Notes under the pieces: model-generated | Told to the model about the DNA's origin: nothing | Seen by the model: only the letters and a program-made list of their open reading frames with translations | Databases searched by the model: none | Made by a program: the position numbers and the translations under genes | Source: Malacoraja senta | Lineage: Eukaryota | Length of the DNA stretch: 64,000 nt | Reading direction: 5' to 3' | Assembly: GCA_038087875.1 (NCBI GenBank) | Contig: CM075994.1 | Coordinates: 1,738,001 to 1,802,000 of the forward strand | Part shown: positions 62,086 through 64,000 of the stretch, piece after piece | Layout: every line of letters starts with the position of its first letter | Numbering within the stretch: the first letter of the stretch is position 1

Positions 62086-64000
62086 AGAGGGCAGGCCATC
62101 CTGGTCTGGGTATTGGGTAATGAGGAAGGATTAGTTAGCGATCTTGTTGTGCAAAACCCCTTGGGCAACAGTGACCATAATATGGTGGAATTCTACATTA
62201 GGATGGAGAGTGACATGGTTAATTCAGAGACAAGGGTCCTGAACTTGAATAAAGGAGACTTTGAAGGTATGAGACGGGAATTGACCAGGATAAACTGGGC
62301 AAATTATATTTAAAAGGTTGACAGTGGAGATGCAATGGCGAAGATTTAAAGACCGCATGTATGAACTCCAGAAATTGTTCATCCCAGGCTAGCGAAAAAA
62401 TAAAACTGGGAAGGCGGCTCAACCGTGGCTGACGAGAGAAATCAAGGACAATGTTAAAGCCAAGGAAGAGGCATATAAATTGGCCAGAGGAAGTGGCTTG
62501 GAGAAATTTAGAACTAAACAGAGGAGGACAAATGGGCTAATTAAGAGGGGGAAAAAAGAGCATGAAAGAAAGCTTGCAGGGAATATAAAAACTGACTGGA
62601 AAAGATTCTATAAGAATGTAAAAAGGAAAAGATTAGAGAAGACGAATGTAGGTCCCTTGCAGTCAGAGACAGGTGAATTTATATTGGGAAACAAGGAAAT
62701 GGCAGAACAGTTAAACAAGTACTTTGATTCTGCATTCACTTAGTAAGACACAAACAATCTCCCGGAAATACTAGGAGACCAAGGATCTTGTGGGAGGGAG
62801 GAACTAAAGGGAATCCTCATTAGTCAGAAAATGGCGTCGGGTAAACTGTTGGGACTGAAGGCAGATAAATCCCCAGGGCCAGATGCTCCGTATCCCAGAG
62901 TACTAAAGGAAGTGGCCCTAGAAATCGTGGATGCATTGGTGATCATTTTCCAATATCCGTTATCTCGACTCTGGATCAGTTCCTGTGGACTGGAGGGTAG
63001 CCAATGTAACCCCACTTTTTAAGAAGAGGGAGAGAGAAAACAGGAAATTTATGGACCAGTTAGCCTGACATCGGTAGTGGGGAAGATACTGGAGTCGATT
63101 ATTAAAGATGTTACAGCAGCGCATTTGGAAAGCAGTGATGGGATTGGTCAAATCAGCATGGATTTATGATGGGGAAATCATGCTTGACTAATCTTTTGGA
63201 ATTTTTTGAGGATGTAACAAGTAGAATGTATAAGGGAGAGCCAGTGGATGTGGTGTATCTGGACTTTCAAAAAGCCTTTGACAAGGTCCCACACAAGAGA
63301 TTAGTGTGCAAAATTAGAGCACATGGTATTGTGGGTAGGGTATTGCCATGGATAGAGAACTAGTTGGCAGACAGGAAGCAAAGAGTAGGAATTAACGGGT
63401 CCTTTTCAGAATGGCAGGCAGTGACTAGTGGGGTGCCGCAAGGCTCGGTGCTGGGACCCAATTGTTTACAATATATATTAACGATTTAGACGGGGGAATT
63501 AAATGTAACATCTCTAAGTTTACAGATGACACAAAGCTGGGTGGCTGTGTGAGCTGCAAGGAGGATGCTATGAGGCTGCAGGGTGACTTGGATAGGTTGG
63601 GTGAGTGGCCAGAAGCATAGCAGATGTCGTATAATGTGGATAAATGTGAGGTTATCCACTTTGGTGGCAAGAACAGGAGGCAGATTATTATCTGAATTGT
63701 GTCAGATTAGGAGAAAGGGAGGTGCAACAAAACCTGGGTGTCCTTGTACATCCGTCACTGAAAGTAAGCATGCAGGTACAGCAGGCAGTGAAGAAAGCCA
63801 ATGGCATGTTGGCCTTTATTGCGAGAGGATTTGAGTTTAGGAACAAGGAGGTCATACTGCAGTTGTACAGGGCCCTGGTGAGACTGCACCTGGTGTATTG
63901 TGTCCAATTTTGGTGTTCTAATTTGAAGAAGGACATTATTGCTATTAAGTGAGTGCAGCGTAGGTTCACCAGGTTAATTCCCGGGATGGCGGGACTGACG
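62086..64000 (+). mobile_element. CR1-type LINE ORF2 (endonuclease end and RT), degenerate; its 5' part lies at about 58490-58600 and 59550-59593
   Basis: LGNSDHNMVEF, KSPGPD, GKSCLTNLLEFFEDVT, VDVVYLDFQKAFDKVPH; upstream MGDFNLHIDW endonuclease motif at 58514. Confidence 0.92.

Overview
Eukaryotic, repeat-rich vertebrate DNA. The repeat content suggests a cartilaginous fish, probably a skate or ray (inference). A 200-N gap lies at 6783-6982. All recognisable genes are on the minus strand: (1) the first two coding exons of SNX14 (ATG at 4404); (2) a complete SYNCRIP/hnRNP Q gene (coding exons 25040 to 9314, an alternative terminal exon at 7490, and three apparent 1-nt deletions in the last exon); (3) a TATA/5'TOP non-coding snoRNA host gene in the SNHG5 position (TSS about 34971) carrying three intronic SNORD50-type box C/D snoRNAs; (4) a 7-exon gene (54293 to 37709) encoding a 310-aa secreted transcobalamin/intrinsic-factor-family protein. 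This protein keeps all six alpha-domain cysteines, stops before the beta domain, and has substitutions at all five alpha-domain cobalamin-contact positions checked. It is the main candidate novelty. The rest is CR1 and Rex1/Babar LINE fragments, tRNA-derived SINEs, Penelope-like fragments with minimal hammerhead-ribozyme motifs, a Helitron-like element, MITEs and a 28S rRNA fragment. Homology calls come from recalled protein and RNA sequences, not database searches. Repeat boundaries are approximate.
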